NCBI GenBank assembly: GCA_043228905.1
Contig: JBHGNT010000009.1
Coordinates: 18,042,001 to 18,106,000, forward strand
DNA: 64,000 nt
DNA from: Azolla caroliniana
Taxonomy: Eukaryota > Plantae > Polypodiophyta
Reading direction: 5' to 3'
Every line of letters starts with the position of its first letter. Within the stretch, counting starts at the first letter, position 1. Of this stretch, positions 1 through 13,948 are shown piece after piece. Position numbers and translations under genes: made by a program. The notes beneath the pieces were generated by a model, which saw nothing but the letters and a program-made list of their open reading frames with translations, did not search any database and was not told where the DNA came from.

Positions 1-149
1 CTCATGTACGAAAATGGGGTTGGTTTTTGTGCTTTTATGGGATTCATAACACAAACATCAAGGGATGGACATTAGTGATAACTCACAATTTTTCCGTAGT
101 GAAGGTGATTTCCAATTGTTGGCAAAAGTGGTGATGTGTGTAAGATTGA

Positions 150-3100
150 TTTGTGTCAATTGGGAAACCCTAGTAGTGTCACTTAGTGCCTCTTATCAAG
201 AAGAGAATTTGTCTTTACAAGTAGTAAAGACAAGCCTTTTGAACGAAGAGGCGAGAAGAAAAGAAATGAGTGCCTCATCTCAATCGGAAGTGAATGTGGC
301 ACGAAACCTTGGTAGAGGAAGAAGTAAACATAAGAGTCCTCAGAAGAGAGACAAGTCCCAAACTAGGTCAAAGTCTAGAGGAAGACTCATGTGTTTCTAT
401 TATGGGAAATTGGGTCATTCCAAAAGAACAGTCGACACTTTAAGAGAGACAAAGGTAATGCTGATGGTGCTGAGCCTAAGAAATTTTTTGATAAGAAAAA
501 CACCTTAGCCATTTCAGCCAGTGAGGAAGAACTGCTATTCATTTTTGAACTAGTGTGAATCTTACAAACGGTGAGTGCTCTTGGGTAGTTGATTCTGGTG
601 CATCGTGTCACCTAACTCCCAAAAGAGAATGCTTCTTATCTTACACAGTCGGTGACTATGACTATGTAAAGATGGGAAACGATGGTGCATGCAAAATTGT
701 TGGTATAGGAAATGTGTGTTTGTTAACATCTATTGGCTGTAGGTTAATATTAAAGGATGTATGCCATGTGTTGGATGTTAGATTGAATCTGATATTGGTT
801 GGATGATGAAGTCTATAGTGGTAGCTTTCATAAGGGTGCATGGAAGTTCTGCAAGGGAAGCTTGATTGTGGGTCGGGCACAAAAGTAGAACACATTGTAT
901 GTAATGTATGCAAGGCTGTGCCGAGGTGAAGTGCATGCAATGGCCGACATAGTTGGTGACTTGTGGCATAAAAGGCTTGGCCACATTAGTGAGAGGGGAA
1001 TGCATATCCTTGCCGAAAAGGATCCCCTCCCAGAAGTGAAAGGAATGCATTTGGAAAAATGTGTGGACTGCTTGGTTGGAAAGCAAAACAGGGTTGCCTT
1101 TCACTCTAGGCATCCGATGAGAAGAGAAAGTGCCCTAGAATTGGGCCACAAAGATGTATGCTATGTGGATGCTCAATCACATCGTGGAGGACAATACTTT
1201 GTGACATTCATTGATGACTACAACAGAAAGTTATGGGCTTTCGTGCTGAAGACTAAAGACCAAGTGTTGTCGGTCTTTAAAGAGTTCCATGCTAGGGCTG
1301 AAAGAGAATCCAGACAGAAGTTGAAGGTTGTTTGGACAGACAACAGTGGTGAGTACAGAGGCCAGTTTGAGGTGTATTGTAAGACTCAAGGTATCAAACT
1401 TGAGTATACAATGCCGAAGTCACCTGAGTTGAATGGTTTGGCAAAGAGGATGAACCAGACCATAATGGAAAGGGTAAGAAATATGTTGTCACATGCAAAT
1501 TGACGAAATCGTATTAGGATGAGCCAATATTGATGGTTTTTTATCTTATAAATAGGTCTCCCTTAGTGCCTCCAAATGGTGATGTCTCACAGAGGGCGTG
1601 GATAGGAAGAAACGTCTCTTACCAGCACTTGAGGATGTTTGGATTCTTGACATATATGCATGTTGCAAAATATAGTTGGTGTGTACAGGAAGAAACATCT
1701 CTTACCAACACTTGAGGATGTTCAGATGCCTGGCATATATACATAAATTCTTGGGGTACTCAGAAGATGAGTTTAGCTATAAGTTGTGGGATCTTCTTGA
1801 CAAGAAAGTGGTGAGGAGCTGTGACATTGTATTCATGGAAGACAAGACGATTGAAGACTAGAGACAATAGAAAACAATGTCATCTTCCTACTACTATGGA
1901 TTCGGCACTAGCCGACCCCACTCCTACACAACTGGCTGATGCGATTGAATCTGAGCTGACTGGAAATGAATCTAAGGTGGATGATGAGTCGACAGAAGCA
2001 ACCGAATCTGAGCCTGCTACTGAAGGAAGAAGATACCCACTCAAGCAAAGGAAAGCATCCTCTCGGTATTTAGCTAGTCAACATGTCCTTCTGACTGATG
2101 AAGATGAGCCGGAATGCTATGAACAAGGAGAAGTGGTATAGTGCCATGCAAGATGAGATGGATTCCTTTCATGAGAACTACACCCATGATCTTATGGAGC
2201 TACCTGAGGGAAAGAGAGCTCTTAGAAACAAGTGCGGTTTCAAGCTGAAAAACAGGAGAAGATGGAAGTCCACCTAGATATAAGGCCCACATTGAGGGTG
2301 AAGGGGTTTCAACATAAAAAGGGCGTTGACTTTGATGCAATAACATCCATCCGAACTATATTGGGTATTGCTGCCAGTATGAATCTGGAGATAGAACAAC
2401 TAGATGTAAAAATAACATTTTTTCATGGTGATCTAGAAGAATAAATTTATATGTAGCAACTTGAGGGTTTTGTGATGAAAGTAAAAGAGAATCTGGTATA
2501 TAGACTGAGGAAGAGCTTGTATGGTTTGAAGCAAGCTCCTCGATAATGGTATAAGAAGTTTGAATCCTTCATGTTGGAATATGGATGAGGTATGATGAAG
2601 GTGATTTCTTGATTCTCTTACTTTATGTAGTTGACATGTTGGTTGTTGGACAGGATACTAAGAAGATTGCGAGCTTGAAGAAAGATCTAAGAAAATCCTT
2701 TTCTATGAAGGATTTAGGTTGAGCAAGACAAATTTTGAGAATGCACATAGTCTGGGACAGGACTAAAATTATATTGTGGTTGTCACAAGAGAAATATGTG
2801 ACAAAAGTATTGCAAAGATTTAATATGTATAATACAAAACCTTTTGGATCTGCACTGTCGGTAAACTATAAGCTAAATTCTAATCAATGTCCGAAAAGTG
2901 AGAAGGATAAGGATGAGATGGGAAGGGTGTCATATGCCTCAACTGTTAGGAGCCTAATGTACGCCATGGTTTGTCCTAGTCAGCCGTTACATGAGTAATC
3001 CTGGAAAGGAGCATTGGGCTGTCATGAAATGGATACTCAGATACCTGAAAGGCACTTCGAGTGTATGCCTTAGGTATGGCTTCAGGAAACCTATGATCAA

Positions 3101-3216
3101 AGGTTTCACAGATTCTGATATCTCAGGTGATGTAAATTCCAGCTAATCCACATATGTGATGACTTATGCAAGGGGAGCCGTGTGATGGCAATCAAGATTG
3201 CAAAAGATTGCAGCTT
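150..3216 (+). mobile_element. Degenerate Ty1/copia (Tork/Tnt1-like) internal region: gag-PR-INT-RT-RNaseH with many stops and frameshifts
   Basis: ORF fragments carry WVVDSGASCH (protease), LWHKRLGH/CVDC (integrase HHCC), YFVTFIDD, TDNSGEY, EQLDVK-TFFHGDLEE (RT) and SYASTVRSLMYAMVC, collinear with the intact element at 57106-61179. Confidence 0.93.
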
Positions 3217-3590
3217 TTAGAGTTAGGAGACTCTACAAAGACTCTAGTGCTTCTACCTGTGTTGTCATGAAGCGTGCATTTGTGTGGTCCCTCACTTCTC
3301 CAAGAATCAGGTTCTACTGTTTTGGTTTTCTTTACTTTGTTCTCTGTTGTTCTGTCCACTGAGTTTGACATAGGCTGTCGTCCAAAGGTTGTGGCCTTTT
3401 GAGAGTCTTTTGGTATTCTCCTAGTGATCTAGGGAATCTGTAACAGATTGCACACTCAGATCATAGTGAAGTTTTGGTGCCCAGAGGGCTCTTGTGATTT
3501 TTCCCTGGTTTAGGGTTTTCCATGTAAATCTTGTGTCTTTGTCTTTAAGTCATTTGCTTGTTGTTTTGGATCTTAATCCCATCACAACCA
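3217..3590 (+). repeat. Partial copia LTR (R/U5-like part) joined to the truncated RNase H
   Basis: Contains the gtgatttttccc..gggttttccatgt motif shared by the other Tork-type LTRs here, preceded by catagtga. Confidence 0.6.
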
Positions 3591-5479
3591 AGGAAGATTA
3601 AGAAAAGACATTGGGTTCTTATGTATGCTCGATAAGTAACACAATTTCATGCAAAACTCACAAGATGATGGTTTGCATGTATATAGTGACATTTAAGCAA
3701 ATGATAATGCTACCCAACACCTTGTTGAGCTAGATGGATCAAATTGGTGGTACTAATAATGGGGAAAAGAGTGAAAATCTTCAAGAAGAGGGAACGTGAG
3801 GGTCTAGAACTTGATAGCCTATTTAAGGACACGGATAGTGATGGGCAAGAATCATAAGTTGATGAGAGGGAGGTCTCATTATTCTTAACCTTACTGTTCT
3901 TAACACATATAAGAGGACGTCTAGGTTTGGTGGAGGTGTATGTTGTGACCTGGTGGATCCAAAGGTAGAAGGTTGAAGGTGAAAAAAACATGGAAGATGG
4001 GGAGGATGTCTAGGGTTTTATCCCTTGTCTTGGGGGTTCCTTTTTTGGAGGTTTTGTTCTATGAAGAGATGAGAATATAAGGTAAAATATTTAGAGCTTG
4101 GGGGCAATGTGAGGGTTTTCTTCTCCTTTCTTCGTAGTTATTCTACCCCATGCAAAAGGGTATTTTGAAGAATACTGAAATTGAATGTGAGCCTTTGAGC
4201 CACTGTTATCAAGAAATCAACAATTGTGTTAATTTATTTTACATTCACCCAGAAACCTGCAAGAGCAAGATTGTGTCATCGGACATTCAGATGAAACCTG
4301 CAACTAAAACATGTGATGGAATCATGTGAGCCCAACTTTTGAATAGAACCACAAGAGGAGCCAAAGAAAGGAGACCCACGAGATGAGTCCAAAACTCACC
4401 AAAGAGTATCCCACAAAGAAATCTCATGAGGGGAGCTGATCTAGAGGTTGAACATGAAGCACAATGTGAGCTCGAAAGTGTGAGGCCATCAACTATATGA
4501 AGACAATGTGTGACATGAGCCCATGAAGTCGGCACACAAAACAAAATTATGAAGGTGGCACATGAGACAACCCATGAGGAGGTCCCACTAGAGGAGCCCT
4601 TGAGCCCAAAACACAAAAGGTCACGCCCATGGGCCCAACGATCGAAGGGTGAAGCCACGAGGGGGCCACAAGAAACCAATACCCAATGGCAACATATGAG
4701 GGGTTCCCCTCGCTTGCAAGCCAATCACAAGCAAGAACTAGGCATGTGAAGGCAATGGAAAAATTGAGTTCAAAAAGGTAACAAACATGTTGAACCCACA
4801 AAGGCAACACATGACCCGAACCTACAAGAAGGGCACACAAGTGGAATACACCATATTTAACATGTAGGTGGTAGAGTGTGAAGAGAAAAGATATACCTTG
4901 TTGACTCATTGATCATGAAAAGGGTGATCGTTTGAAATCTTCCTATAACCAACAATGCATCTTCCTTGATTCAAGTGGTGACCCCCCTTAAGTAGCAAAC
5001 ACACATGCAATACTCAAGACAATGGGCTATTAAAGGGAGCAGGAAAACAATAGTCTAGGGTGTATTAAGTCCCCAAATTCTTGGAATAAACATTATCATT
5101 CAGATTTTATTTTATTTTTCAAAAAAGATTCATTTACATTAACTAGCTTAAATGCGAAGAATACCCAAGGGGAAGAAGCATGGAAAAACAATTAAGAAAT
5201 CATAAAATGCTTTATAAACATGAAAATATAGTTGCCAGGCACCATGGTACAAATTTCGTTCGATGACATGCTTGGGGAAATGGAGAGTGTCATTGAATTG
5301 ACCCTTCTTGGGGTTAGGGAAATTCTAGTTAGTTTTGTTTATGTGTACATTGTCATTGGAGAATTGGGTTGCAGATAGATAGATGTAGCAACGCCCTCCC
5401 TTTAGATCGCCCGAAGTGTAGAGATGGCCGGCATGATTAGAGTGTGAAAGGAAGAGTAGTACTCGTGGAGCCTGCTCTT

Positions 5480-5605
5480 GCCCATGATTTCTAGAATGTC
5501 CTCCCTATGCCCTTGCCTCCAAGCTTTCTAGAATATTCTCTGCATTCCCCTACTCCTGCTCCAGCCATTGGAATTGCATGCATTCTCCAGAAACATCCAG
5601 AGCCC
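5480..5605. promoter_or_regulatory. Cluster of heat-shock elements in an LTR-like fragment (5384-~5640)
   Basis: Perfect TTCtaGAAtaTTC at 5526-5538, TTCtaGAA at 5489-5496, and an imperfect in-register array at 5585-5602. Confidence 0.5.
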
Positions 5606-5639
5606 AAGATGGCCTCCATCTCCACTCAGTTTGTACTTA

Positions 5640-6215
5640 ATAAATCAAGTATTTGTACATGTGCACTTTTGTGAAGTCACATTGTGCATACTATTAATTG
5701 AGCACTAATTGATGACACCACTTCCACTTAATGCAAGTGTGCCATGATCTTCTTGTTCATGATGCCTCATGCCACTTTTGTGAAATGTCAGCGTTCTTAC
5801 ATTCTACTTTTGCCATATTGTTGTTTGTGGCATGTACCAAAATGTGAACTAGTGAGGGAATCCTTCTAGAGGAAATATTGTGAGCTCATCCTAGAAGTAT
5901 TCTTTGTAGCCATCAAATCGAAGGTAATCTAAGATATAGTATTTCCAATCGATCCCGTTCTCAATGAGACTTTGGAATTTATGGAAGTGTGAGAACACTT
6001 CACCTTCTTGACACACTACATAGATCCATGTACCGTGAGAATGGTCCTTGATGACGGTAACATAGTATACCCACATTTGCCAAATTGATATGTTTCATGT
6101 TTACCATTTGTTTAAATCTTTTTGGAAGGTTGAGAGTCCAAAGACCTCTCTTTTTTGTATTGGATTGCAACTTTTGAAGTTTATTGTGGCCAATTTGTGG
6201 TGTAATATGTTGATG
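5640..6215 (-). mobile_element. Highly degenerate copia integrase fragment
   Basis: ILHHKLATINF..FGLSTF and YYVTVIKDHSHGTWIY..LRFDGYKEYF align with the copia at 54050-54620 (LWHKCIGHVNY, YFVSFIDDYTRHTWIY, LWSDGGKEYF). Confidence 0.75.
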
Positions 6216-9200
6216 TGTCTAATACATGTTTCGAGGAAACCTTGGCTTGAGGGAATCCTGGTCCAAGGAAACCTTGGCTCCAACAAGGCCTTCAAGGATA
6301 GGAAGATATTCCCTTGCTTGATACATACAACAAAATCTTAATTTGAGTGAGACAAAACCCACTAATGTGTTTACAAAGACATTCCCTTTCCAAAATAGGG
6401 TTTACAACTAATGATTACAAATGGCAAACACAAAAATTATTGTAAAGAAATAGTATCCTCACCTTTTACACTTTAACATATACATACATCACATAAATAC
6501 ACATATTTATACTCATACAAACACATTCACATTGACACATAGTTACATAAATACAGATAAACGTTTTCACAAATACATATCACATTAATACATTCTCAAA
6601 TCTAGACATACACATTTCTAGACCAACGGTATGCCATATACAATTGCACAAGACCACAAGTAAATGATAAAAGTTTGTATATGTTAACATACACTTCACA
6701 CTACACCCACCTACTCACATACAACTACTTTATTGGCACAAAGGTAGTAAAGCAAGGAGTTCGTGTGGACTTGCATTGACATTATGAAAGAGTTGTCATC
6801 AACATACAACTAGCATTCTTGAGAAGGGAGAAAATTTAAGTGTTTCAACATGTAACAAGGTAAATTTCATTCATTCATAACTCTCTATCACCATCTTTCC
6901 TGGTTCAAGTTCCAATTGGTCCACCTCAAATTTCACATGCACGCGTCTAACTTTGTGACATTGGTACCTCCTAAATTCAATGCGCATTGGAGTCAGTCCA
7001 TCAGTCAGTGTTTGTAGTTTTGATTTGACAAGCATGATTCTAGGTATAAGAAATGACAAGGAAGTTTCTATGGGGTAGTGTTGAGGATGTAATTGGGTTA
7101 CTAACTTGTTTTATTTAAGGAATACTCGAAATCGTGAGCACGATCTCTCAAATTTCCCAACCATAGTGACTTCGGCATTGGGCGTGAGGGTTGGAGCTAA
7201 GGTAGATGCTCTTGGAGATGAGTACCTTGCTCTCACAATCTTTGATTTTTTTGTTGTATTTGAACGACTGTAGATAACACTCGGTCCAAAGAGATGTTCA
7301 AAAGGGTTTTGACAGCCATGGGAGAAGAGGTCATAGTTAGATGTTGGAATCGGAGGCCTTGGCAAAATTATCATCTTTTGGGATGGGAGGAAAAGCCTTC
7401 CCTACTACCCCGGTTTAATCATATGATACACTTGGGGTTGGTTAATGCATAGGATTCCATGTTGGGAACCCAAAGCAAAATAATGGATTTTTGGACAACT
7501 AGGTTTCATATTCCTTGAAATTACTATTCTCTATGGTCTCGGTTGCAAGAAGCGATAAATTTGATATTTGACTAAGGTTATGCCTGGAGTAAATTGGAGC
7601 TTGTAGACCACAAAATGTTGCCAAAATAAAAACAAATTATGTATATCATAAACTAATAAATAGGTATGTTATGATGTATCTAGAGATGAAAAATGTCATG
7701 GGAATCCTCATTGATTTTTTTATGAGCCCATAAGATATCGTATTCCATCTATCATAATTCAACTTTCATAATTATTACATAACTATTTACGTGAGAAACA
7801 CACACACACACACAAGACATTGTTTGTATTATCATCTTGTTTTAATAACTAACATACATTTACACAAAAGAAAAGAAAAGAGACGACATTGTGTCTCGGT
7901 CCTCAAAGTAGCGCGCAAGTTTACACCTGGACTATTTGAAGTCATACATAAATGGGTTGTATTAAGTATAGCCACAAGAGAACAAAAGTATATAGCCTTA
8001 CCTAAAAGTGAATTTAGATTCAAATTGGGCAATTCATTCATGTAGGCCCATTTGTGTTTTAATGCATTTAATGTATTTGTAGTAGGTCCCCTAGTATTCC
8101 ACTTTTTGCTTAAAAAGTGTGGTACCACTTGGGCTAAAGTATTTCTAATGAAAAAGAACAACCCTTGAAATTAATGGCCACCATTCCGTTTTACATTTGT
8201 CCGCACACAAAAAGAGATGGCTACATGGCAACAAATAAATGGAGAAATTGTGAGAATAAGCATTGCCCTTCCACCCGACACAGACCGGGAAGAATGTACC
8301 AAGTTCTTACCACCAAATCATGGGAACATTTCCCCAATAATAAAGGGGTTGAATTGATTCAAACTCACTTTTACTTGGTGTGTGAAAGTTAGCTCGTTAG
8401 CATTGGTGTTTTACCTTAGTTATTCATGCACAAATATTCAAAGAGGAAGAAAACAACATTGCCTTCCCATGTGAGTCAAATCAAGAGGTTGAAATCTAAA
8501 TGTACAAAGTTCTAGCCAACTTGTCAAAACATTTCGTTGGTGGCACAATCACCTTTATTTAAACTTACTTCTAGTCGGTGTGAAAGTTAACCTACTAGCA
8601 TTGGTTTTTTACCCAATAATGGCACCAAGTGTGGATATATCCTTATTCCCCCATGTGTGTGAAGTTCCAAGAGGGTGTTTACAGTCCTATATCATCCTTT
8701 TTCTCTCATATGTGAAGTTCCAAGTGGGCATTTGTCCTACATGAATCCAACTTAATGAATAGTTGCCTTTTCTTGCCTTCAAGAATCATTTGTAATGAAT
8801 AATTAAAACGTTCTTGTTTTTGCTGGTCATTACAACATTCAACTACCTCTTTGTTTCAAATCAATTTTCAATCAAACAAGAGAATAACTTTAGAAAACAA
8901 TAGTCATTCAAAAGCATGTTAACCATTAATTTAGACGGTAATGGATATTGTATACTTTGAATCAGAATGATTAATTATCATGTGTAGAGTTAGTGATGAC
9001 ACCGTGCAAATGTTAATAAGAAACAAGCCTAGTATGTGTACATGTTCTTATTCCTCATGCTATAACCAAATCACATTACATATACGTACACCCAATGCCC
9101 TTTCAACAAAACCTACCTTCAATGGTTGCAAGATTGTACATTTGAACACAAAAGAACTAGATCTTGTTTTGAACACAAAAGAACCGATGCAATGTCCGCA

Positions 9201-9531
9201 AACAAAATCGAAAGATAGTCTCTATGTGAAATTATAACTAGAATAACATCCTTATTGATCGATTGCATAACTTATAATCTTAGAAGGAAAATCACTTGCA
9301 CTCCTGCTCACCCACCAATAGTAACAACCACAAAAAATGGAATAGCCACACATTGCATTGGTGACTATATAACATTTAAGAGGGAACTTCTGTTAGAGGT
9401 TTGCATAAAAGAAGACTACAAAAACAAAAGATCTTACTAACAAAACAATCAACACAATGCACTGCCTCTTCCCTAGTGTGGAGTAGAGGTTTCACGATGA
9501 AGTTTTATTGAAAGACCTTACGGAGTCCGAA

Positions 9532-10120
9532 TTAGATGGGCTTGACGTGGAATTTCATGAGACCTTGGTTGCAATGAAGGCCATCGGCGATGGCACAAGC
9601 AAAGTAGTAGGTCTTCTTGCGCTTGGTGAGCGTGAATTTGAAGCCTTCTTTGCCTTGGGATGTGCCGGCCAACAAAAGAGCTTTCTCACCGAAATGACAC
9701 GATTGGAATTGCTTCATATTGTGGAGAACATACACATTGTGGTTGACGGGGATCCCGTTGAAGACCGACGATTCGTAGTAGAACACTATGAAAAAAGAAA
9801 AACACAAGAACATTATAGCCTCTCCTATCGAGAAGAGAGGTGGGTGCTAGCGAGATGAATGAGGCCATTGGACACTTACCTAGAGTGTCACCCACGAAGA
9901 ACGGTCCGGCTTTCTCAGCCCAAGCACTATAATTGAGTCCGAAACGCCAATGCTGATCCCCGCCGACCACGATCTCTCGGCCATGGACATGTCCTTGCAC
10001 CATAACACTACAAGAAGCAAGCACAGCCAGAAGAAGAAGAAGAAGAAGACTCGGAAGATGAGGATGAAGATGAAGTGGACGAGTAAGAGGAAGGGGAAGA
10101 TGCTTCATTGAGTTTGCCAT
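9532..10120 (-). CDS. Secreted phytocyanin / plastocyanin-like blue copper protein, 2 exons (10120-9880, 9785-9532)
   Basis: Hydrophobic signal peptide, then IVVGGDQHWRFGLNYSAWA..FFVGDTL|VFYY; phase-1 intron GTAAGT (9879)...CATAG (9786) at the usual phytocyanin position; HNVY, SC and YYFACAIADGLHCNQGLMKF keep the His/Cys/His/Met ligands. Confidence 0.92.
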
Positions 10121-10691
10121 AGCTAGCTCAACTACTAATCTCTTGTTTCACAGCCCTGCTATGGGTTGTATGCTACATATATGTATATATATATATATAT
10201 GTAGATATTTTCTGTCTGTCTGTCTCTCTAGAGCCCTAAGTCTCTGCAAGAAAACAATTGGGTGGGGCTCTCTGTGTCTACATTTAATTCGCCCACAACG
10301 TACATAAGAGAATTGACTCGGAGAAGGACATGGCTGAGAATTTACATAAACCCAAAGCCCTTTTGTTTCTCGGAAAGGAGTCCTTTATTATAAGGGTATG
10401 TTTTAGGAATTTAAATAAACCTTAGAGCCTTTTGTTCTCAAAGAAGTGATCACATTCCTATGCACTTTAGGCTTGGACCAAGCCGCACTTCTACTTACCC
10501 TTTCTCGTGACCTTTTTGTTGTCGATGATGATCTGCCACTCTCGTCTCCTAACCAATGCTTCTACACTTATTCCCCCGCTACTCTCCCGAATCATGCTTT
10601 ATTTGAAGCACCTGAGTTAGAAGCTCTTTATGAGGTCGTGAATGAGATTTGACATAGTTTATCTCTAATGTCATAACCTTTTTCCGCCCCA

Positions 10692-11231
10692 TGTTGATTT
10701 GAAACCGGCCACAACCGGTTTATACTCTAGCGTATGCTGGTGCAAAGATTTGGACAAACGGACAAACGAGAAAAACAGAATACTCAAGATATTTTAATGT
10801 GGAAACCCTAGTAGGAAAAACCACGGGAGTCCCTGAACTTTGAACAGTTCACTATGAGAAAGGAAGAAATACAAAGAGACTCACAGGTCACGACCTCAAG
10901 CTCGTCCTTTTTGCTTGATGGCGGTTACATCAGAGATGCAATGACACACAGTCTCGCTCGCTCCCTTTCACCACTCTGTTACATAGTTACAACAGTATGA
11001 ACATCATGCATAACGTTTTTGCCCTAGTTATATTTATACGTATATAACTAAGGGCTATTACAAATCTGGCCTAAATAGGCACAATTCTAAACTTATTTAC
11101 ATATTTGGCCTCTTCTGGATGCCTATCCGGACATCGATCCAGATCTAGTTCCGATCTCTCTTTTCCTTCAGATCCTACTGATCTGGTTCGTGTGTTGTCC
11201 TTCCCACTTGGAGGGACCTTGTTTCCCAACA
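10692..11231 (-). repeat. 3' LTR of the 10.7-16.8 kb copia element
   Basis: On the minus strand begins TGTTGGGAAAC directly after the PPT gtgaagagggagtt and ends TCAACA; homologous to 16228-16785. Confidence 0.9.
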
Positions 11232-13948
11232 AACTCCCTCTTCACTCTGGCATGGGGTGGTTCGTTAATCCAACCCGACTTCGACATGCGTCCAACCTCT
11301 CCGCCGACAACACCTTAGTCGACATGTCCGACCCGTTCTCTGATGTGTGCACCTTCACTAGAACAAACTTCTTTTCTTCTACCCTCTCTCTAAGCCAATG
11401 GTATCTCTGTTGGATGTGCTTAGTCCTCAAGTGGTAGGCAACATTCTTCGCAAGGTGAATGAAACTTTGGTTGTCGCATTAGAGTCAGAATTCTTCTTGC
11501 TAAATCCCCAACTCTCTAATGAACTATTTCATCCAGATTATCTCCTTGTCGACTTCTGTTGTTGCCATACACTCGGCTTCCGTGGTTGACAACGTCATGG
11601 CCTTTTGTAGCCTCAACTGCAACGAGACGACTCCCCCTACAGAAGTCATAACATACCCGGACGAGTATTTACATCAGCCGACATGTCCGAGTCAGTAAAA
11701 CCCGTCTAAGATGGGGTTACCGGAGCCAAATCGGAGACACGTGCTCGAGATGCCTCACATGTATCGAAGTATCCATTTGATAGCTACCCAATGCTCTTTG
11801 TTCGGAGTGCTCATGAATAGGTTGACAACTCCGACTGCGTATCCGATATCCAGCCTGGTATATACCATCACGTACATCAGGCTTCCAACAACTGAGGCGT
11901 AGGGTACCTTCTTCATCTCAACCTTTTTCGCCTTCGATCTTGGACTTTGTCTAACTCCTAGACAGCTTGTTGTTTGGCGGTAATGTCGACTTGACTGGCT
12001 TTGTGTTTTGCAGGCGTTTTGCATGCTAAACCTCTAGAGCACTTTTGTCATGTACTTTTCTTGTGACAACGACAATAGTCTCTTTGTATGATCCTGAACA
12101 ATGTCCATCCCCAGGATCTGCCTTGCCAGACCCATATCCTTCATTGAGAATGACCTGTTCAAGGTCTTGTTCAGCATTTCGATTTTCATACAGTCCCGTC
12201 TGACAATCAACATGTCGTCTACGTATAGTAGGAGTAAGAGAAAATCTCCTCCATCAAACTTCTTCACAAACACGCAGTGGTCGGACCTCATTTTGTGGTA
12301 CCCTTGGTCGTTCATGAAGGATTCGAACTTCTGGTACCACTACCGAGGAGCCTGCTTCAATCCCTATACACTCTTCTTCAACCAACATACCAGGTGCTCC
12401 TTTCCTTTCTTGACGAATCCTTCTGGTTGTTGCATATAGATTTCCTCTTCAAGGTCTCCATGCAGGAACGTCATCTGGAAATCCAACTGTTCAACTTCAA
12501 GGTCCATGCTAGCCGCTATGCTCAGCACCGTTCGGATGAATGTCATCTTTACTACCGAGGCAAAGATCTCATTGAAATCCACTCCCTTCTTATGTTGGAA
12601 ACCCTTCACGACAATTCAAGCCTTACACCTTGGTGGATTTCGTTCATCTCTCGATTTTAGTTTATGCACCCACTTATTCCGGAGTACCCTCTTTCCTTTC
12701 GGCAACTCCGTCAGCTCATATGTGTGGTTCTCATTCCAGTAATCCATGTCCTTTTACATGGGACTTAACCACTTACGGTTGTGGGTGTCTCTCTTTGCTT
12801 TCTCAAAGCTTTCCAGCTCCCCCTCGTCGGTTAGCAGCACATATTCTTTATTCGGAAATCTCTGGAGGGGGGGCTCTTCTTTCTCTCAGAGGGTATCATC
12901 TTCCTCTGGTTTCTTCAATCGGCTCGCTAGGTCCTTCCTCTTCTCCTTCGGTTATTTTTTCATCTGGGTCGGTGTCGTGTACATCTTCTTCCTTGTCGGA
13001 TCCGACTCCGCGTCTGACACCACCTCCCAACTGGTCTCTGACCGATCTGACTCCGACTCCTGGTTCATATTCGGTCGGCTCTGCATGTTCTTCAGTCGGC
13101 ATTCGGCTCCCAACTGGTCGGGAGGATGTGTTTGACTTCTCCTTCTCCCATTTGATAATTGTCTTCTCTTCCATAAAGATGATGTCTTGGTTCCAAATGA
13201 CCTTCCTATCGGCTAAGGCCCATATCTGGTAGCCGAATTCGTTGTCATCGTATCCCAGAAATATGCATGGCTAAGTTTTCGGATCTAGTTTTCCCCTCTA
13301 ATTCTTTACAACATGCATGTAGACAAGACAGCCGAACACCCTCAAGTGTGATATGAGACATCCTTGCCGGTCCACACCCTTTGTACAATATCTTTGTCCA
13401 AGGTTGCTGAGGGTGATCTGTTTATCACATATGTTGTCGTCATCATCGCGTCAACCCAGAACTTCTTGGACAACTTGGCATTACTTCAGACCCTCTCCAT
13501 CATGGTCTTGTTCATCCTCTCGGCGAGTCCATTGAGTTTTGGCGTCTTCGGCACGGTGTATTTGGGTCGGATTCCTTTCGCTTGGTAGTATTCTTCAAAC
13601 GGTCCTCGATATTCTCCTCCATTATCCACTTGGACTACTTTCAATTTCCGGTCGGTCTCCCTTTTGACTCTTGCTTGGAACTCCTTGAGGACCGATAACA
13701 CCTGGTCCTTGGTCTTCAATACGGAAGCCCACAACTTCTGCCTACAGTCATCAATGAAGGTCACAAAATATTGTGAGTCGGCATGTCACTTGGTGTCTAC
13801 GTAGATGCATTAGTATGCACGAATTCCAACGCCATTCTCTTCCTTGTCGAGGGCCTACTTCGGAAGGAGGTATTGTTCTACTTGCAGGCCAAGCAATCAG
13901 TGCACTTCTCAAGTTGCACGATCTTCACCTCCAGAATGAGGTTATCAT

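Noticed and set aside
3700-5050. ORFs 3710-4909 as genes
   Set aside because: No recognisable domain; probably decayed retroelement sequence
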